Assembly (NCBI GenBank): GCA_950072105.1
Contig: CATMOE010000063.1
Span: forward strand, 1-19,480
Direction: 5' to 3'
Source: an uncultured Dehalococcoidia bacterium
GTDB lineage: Bacteria > Chloroflexota > Dehalococcoidia > Lucifugimonadales > UBA3495
Length of the DNA stretch: 19,480 nucleotides
Shown: in pieces, positions 16,234 to 19,480 of the stretch
Numbering within the stretch: position 1 is the stretch's first letter
How the letters are laid out: each line of letters opens with the position of its first letter
Notes under the pieces: model-generated
Seen by the model: the letters and a program-made list of their open reading frames with translations, nothing else
Databases searched by the model: none
What the model was told of the DNA's origin: nothing
Made by a program: the position numbers and the translations under genes

Positions 16234-17178
16234 TCATCTAACGGCCTTCCCGGCGTTACGGAAATATTCCACTGTCTGGCTTAACCCTTCCGCCATCTCC
16301 ATTTTGGGTGTCCATCCCAGGTCTCGGATCGCTTTGCTGCTGTCCAAGCTGATCTTGTAGACGTCCCCGTGTCTGGCAGGGCCGTGCTCCGGTCCCCAAC
16401 GGTACCCGATGATGCTCTGCAGCGACTCGAATATTTGGTTGACGCTTGTCTTCTCGCCGGTCCCGATGTTGAAAGAGCCGCCGTTGCCTTTGTTAATGGC
16501 CAACATATTGGCATCGACCACATCGTCCACGAACACGAAGTCCCGCTCCTGGTTGCCGTCGCCGAATATCTGGGGCTGGTGTCCCTCCAGCATCGCCTGG
16601 GTGAAGATGGCAACCACGCCCGCTTCACCGTGGGCCTCTTGGCGGGGGCCGTAGACATTGCCGTAGCGCAAAGTGGTGAAGTTGATCTGATAGAGCCGGT
16701 TGTACAGGTCAAGATAGAGTTCGGCTATATATTTGGACATACCGTAAGGCGACACCGGCAGAACGGGGTGTTCCTCGGTGCATGGGTCTGTCTCGGGGTC
16801 GCCGTACAACGCGCCTCCGGTGGACGAGTAAATAAACTTCTCTATGCCGCATTTCCGGGCGGCCTCCAGAAGGCGCAACGTCCCGAAAACGTTAACGTCG
16901 CTATCGTGGAAAGGATCTCTGGTAGACTGGGTCACGCTGACTTGGGCCGCCAGATGGAACACCAGGTCCGGCTGCTCCCGCTGGAAGACCTCGGTCACCG
17001 ATGGTTGAGTGATGTCCAAGTGATGAAACGTGGCGGAGGGGTTCAGGTTTTTCAGCTTACCGGTGCTCAGGTTGTCGATGACAACCACCTTGTGTCCCAA
17101 GGAAAGGAGGCGGTCGACCAGGTGTGACCCAATGAAACCGGCGCCACCGGTTACCAGTGCGGTTTTAGGCTCGTCCAT
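16234..17178 (-). CDS. NAD-dependent NDP-sugar epimerase/dehydratase (UDP-glucose 4-epimerase-like)
   Basis: TGGAGFIG, HLAAQ, SSTGGALYG, YGMSK, RYGNVYGPRQ and GDGNQERDF. Confidence 0.93.
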   Translation of the reverse strand: MDEPKTALVTGGAGFIGSHLVDRLLSLGHKVVVIDNLSTGKLKNLNPSATFHHLDITQPSVTEVFQREQPDLVFHLAAQVSVTQSTRDPFHDSDVNVFGTLRLLEAARKCGIEKFIYSSTGGALYGDPETDPCTEEHPVLPVSPYGMSKYIAELYLDLYNRLYQINFTTLRYGNVYGPRQEAHGEAGVVAIFTQAMLEGHQPQIFGDGNQERDFVFVDDVVDANMLAINKGNGGSFNIGTGEKTSVNQIFESLQSIIGYRWGPEHGPARHGDVYKISLDSSKAIRDLGWTPKMEMAEGLSQTVEYFRNAGKAVR

Positions 17179-17433
17179 CCGAAATAATCAGTCCCCTCAC
17201 AAGAATCTAGCGGATATGATAAACCCGTGGATTAGTTCGCACAATGGGTGCTTAATAACACGTCTGCCGGTTTCGCCGATGCGATTCTCAAGGCGAGAGC
17301 GGCATCGGACCCGAACTCGGTTCGAGATCGACTAGCCTCCACATCAGTATCGAAGTGTTTCGGCCACAAGCAGGCACGTGTTAAGATATCCAAAGGCTGG
17401 CCTCAATGCCACTCCCCGTCCCCCCTCTACTTC

Positions 17434-17510
17434 GGGCCGTTAGCTCAGTTTGGCAGAGCACCGGACTTTTAATCCGGGTGTCGTGGGTTCGACCCCCACA
17501 CGGCCCACCA
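17434..17510 (+). tRNA. tRNA-Lys(TTT)
   Basis: GGGCCGT...ACGGCCC-A-CCA, anticodon arm CCGGA-CTTTTAA-TCCGG, T-loop TTCGACC. Confidence 0.97.
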
Positions 17511-17544
17511 ATCACAAGATTCTCAGCTACGACTCAGCTAGGAA

Positions 17545-17572
17545 ACCGCCCGACGGGGCGGTCTTCTTATTT
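17545..17572 (+). terminator. Terminator-like hairpin after tRNA-Lys
   Basis: ACCGCCC-gacg-GGGCGGT followed by the pyrimidine-rich cttcttattt. Confidence 0.55.
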
Positions 17573-17703
17573 CGGGGAAAACCCTCAATCCGGTACCCGG
17601 ACTAAGAAAGTTTCGAACTCGGTCCCCGACACCCGGACTTTCCCGGCCTCCCCGGTTTCCTTGCCTACCAGACACTTCATCTCAAGGGAGGCAAGGATCT
17701 ACC

Positions 17704-18780
17704 ATGAGTATAAGACGCAATGCTCGGTGGGAAGACATGGAAAAGGGGAACATCGAACTATTCAGGCTGATCAAGCACTTCGAGAGTTTCAACCGGAGCG
17801 AGGGTAAGTCGCCCAGCACGTTGGAGTGGTACACCTATGTGCTGGAGTTCTTCCGTAATTGGTTGGAAGAGTGTGGTTTGTCAACCGCGCTTGAAGACAT
17901 AGGTGAATACGAAGTCAGGGAATTCATACTCTACCTCCAGGAACGCCAGGTGAACGGCAGACCCCTCAGCTCACACACCGTGGCCAACCGGGTCAGAGGT
18001 CTGAAGGGGTTCTTCTCGTGGCTGGGGACGCAAGGATATACCAACGGTAATGTACTGGAAAAGCTCAAGGTACCGAAAACGGACCAGAGGTTGGTGGAGG
18101 TCTTGACCCCAAAAGAGGTAGACCGATTGTTCTCGGCCATCAACGCTGACTCTGCGCTCGGCGCCCGTAATTCGGCGATGGTGGCCCTGTTCCTGGATGC
18201 GGGACTGAGACTGAGCGAGTTGGCCAACCTCAAGGAAGAGGATGTCCACCTGGACGACCGGTACGTCAAAGTGATGGGGAAAGGATCGAAAGAGCGGATG
18301 CTCCCTCTAGGTGCCAGATGTCATAGGGCCATGCTCCATTACTACTATCACTTCCGGCCAGAGCCGCTGCACACAGGTATAAACACTTTCTTCCTGACCC
18401 TCGACGGCTACCCTCTAACCCCCAGGGCGGTCAGGTCCCTGGTGGCCAGGCTATCGAGATCGGCCGAAGTACCCAGGCTGCATCCCCACCTGTTCCGGCA
18501 CACCTACGCCACCCATTTCTTGATAAACGGAGGAGACCTTCTGCTGCTGAAGCAGAACCTGGGACACAGCAGCTTGACCATGGTCGAACACTACCGGCAT
18601 GTTGCCAGCCAGATCGCAGCCGTCACAAGTCGCGGGTTTTCTCCTCTGGACCACATGCAGGTACCATCCCTCAGGAGGCACAAGAGAAGAGAAGGCACCT
18701 CGACCGGGCAGACCTACCCCAATGCCGGCCGGCCCCGAGGTCAAGACCTGGCACGGCGGTCTGGGGCTCGCGTCAAGTAA
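17704..18780 (+). CDS. Tyrosine recombinase/integrase
   Basis: Catalytic set GLRLSE (R), GKGSK (K), HLFRH (HxxR), LGH and HY (Y), plus an N-terminal SAM-like core-binding region. Confidence 0.93.
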   Translation: MSIRRNARWEDMEKGNIELFRLIKHFESFNRSEGKSPSTLEWYTYVLEFFRNWLEECGLSTALEDIGEYEVREFILYLQERQVNGRPLSSHTVANRVRGLKGFFSWLGTQGYTNGNVLEKLKVPKTDQRLVEVLTPKEVDRLFSAINADSALGARNSAMVALFLDAGLRLSELANLKEEDVHLDDRYVKVMGKGSKERMLPLGARCHRAMLHYYYHFRPEPLHTGINTFFLTLDGYPLTPRAVRSLVARLSRSAEVPRLHPHLFRHTYATHFLINGGDLLLLKQNLGHSSLTMVEHYRHVASQIAAVTSRGFSPLDHMQVPSLRRHKRREGTSTGQTYPNAGRPRGQDLARRSGARVK

Positions 18781-18791
18781 GACTCCGCAGA

Positions 18792-19061
18792 TCAAACACC
18801 GCTCTCTGCTTCGCCCCGACTCCGCAGCGGTGCATACCCTGCCGCCAGAAGAAGCTCGTTCACGTCTTGAATGCTCATGGATTCCGAAGTCGCCACCAGG
18901 GCCAGACCGAGCTTCATAACAGCGTCTCTCGATGGATTCTGACGCTCACCTGATTCGAGCCTTAGGATGTACGCCTCATCCAGCCCAGAATACTGGTTGA
19001 GCCGGTACCGTGACTTACCTGATTTGGTTCTAAGGTTTTTTAGGGTTTGTCCGAAGGTCAT
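18792..19061 (-). CDS. XRE-family HTH transcriptional regulator
   Basis: FGQTLKNLR...S.Y.L...SGL...YI.RLESGER.NPS and a C-terminal LL.AAGY. GGAGG SD. Confidence 0.88.
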   Translation of the reverse strand: MTFGQTLKNLRTKSGKSRYRLNQYSGLDEAYILRLESGERQNPSRDAVMKLGLALVATSESMSIQDVNELLLAAGYAPLRSRGEAESGV

Positions 19062-19380
19062 CGGATCCTCCTATGTTATGAGCGTTGAACCCTCTGGTTC
19101 CCAACTGCTAAGATCTTTGGTCGTTGGATCCCAGGCAGGCTCGGTCCACCAGACTCCGAGTCGTCCGGGGTGTTAGCTAACTAAGTTTATGATCGGTGCT
19201 TCCAGACTCGGCCATTCAGGTCTCTTCGGTATTTGTGTCACAGTCAACCGTAGGAAAGAGTGCTCCAGCTTGAACACCATGACCACACCGAAGCGGAGCT
19301 TTATCTAGGCGTCCAACAGGTGCCGCCACGCTCAAAAGTTAGCTAGGTCATAAGGATTTGCCTGATACCGGCAAATCGCC

Positions 19381-19479
19381 CTACCGCTCTTCGTCGGTGT
19401 CAGGGACCGGGACTTCGTTCTGGTAATGGGGACAAAAAACGTGGTCGCCCTCTACGTTCTCCTCGTCCACGGTGAGGGC
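19381..19479 (-). CDS. C-terminal fragment of a small acidic, possibly Zn-ribbon-like protein (5' end outside window)
   Basis: Manual translation gives ALTVDEENVEGDHVFCPHYQNEVPVPDTDEER*, with CPHY where a CxxC knuckle might be expected. Confidence 0.4.
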   Translation of the reverse strand, partial: ALTVDEENVEGDHVFCPHYQNEVPVPDTDEER

Positions 19480-19480
19480 T

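Larger units (their letters stand above)
17511..19480. mobile_element. Left end of a tRNA-Lys-anchored integrative element
   Basis: A tyrosine integrase lies directly downstream of the tRNA 3' end, followed by an XRE regulator. The distal att site is not in the window. Confidence 0.7.

Noticed and set aside
1..19480. CRISPR array or cas genes
   Set aside because: No regularly spaced repeat-spacer units and no Cas-like ORFs were seen.

Overview
A GC-rich bacterial chromosomal segment. The gene set (LLM-class monooxygenase, Ldh_2 dehydrogenase, ketopantoate-reductase-family protein, archaellum-type protein) suggests Chloroflexota, probably Dehalococcoidia/SAR202; this is an inference. In order it holds: the 3' end of an NHL-repeat protein, an M42/M28-like metallopeptidase, an orphan ArlF/FlaF-like protein with an extra C-terminal domain, a small membrane protein, an Ldh_2 oxidoreductase, an LLM monooxygenase paired with an alpha/beta hydrolase, serA, a KPR-family reductase, a hypothetical protein, tRNA-Gly(TCC) and tRNA-Val(GAC). 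Next is an AT-richer insert of about 1.4 kb carrying a nonsense-interrupted secreted-protein gene, bounded by a 20-bp duplication of the tRNA-Val anticodon region. Then come a DUF3179 gene read through an in-frame TGA (U-P-L-C, with a SECIS-like hairpin), a RidA protein, long Rel (RelA/SpoT), an NDP-sugar epimerase and tRNA-Lys(TTT). The window ends in the left end of a tRNA-Lys-anchored island (tyrosine integrase, XRE regulator). The most notable items are the selenoprotein split by the ORF track, the stand-alone bacterial ArlF fusion, and the apparent 5'-side tRNA integration scar.
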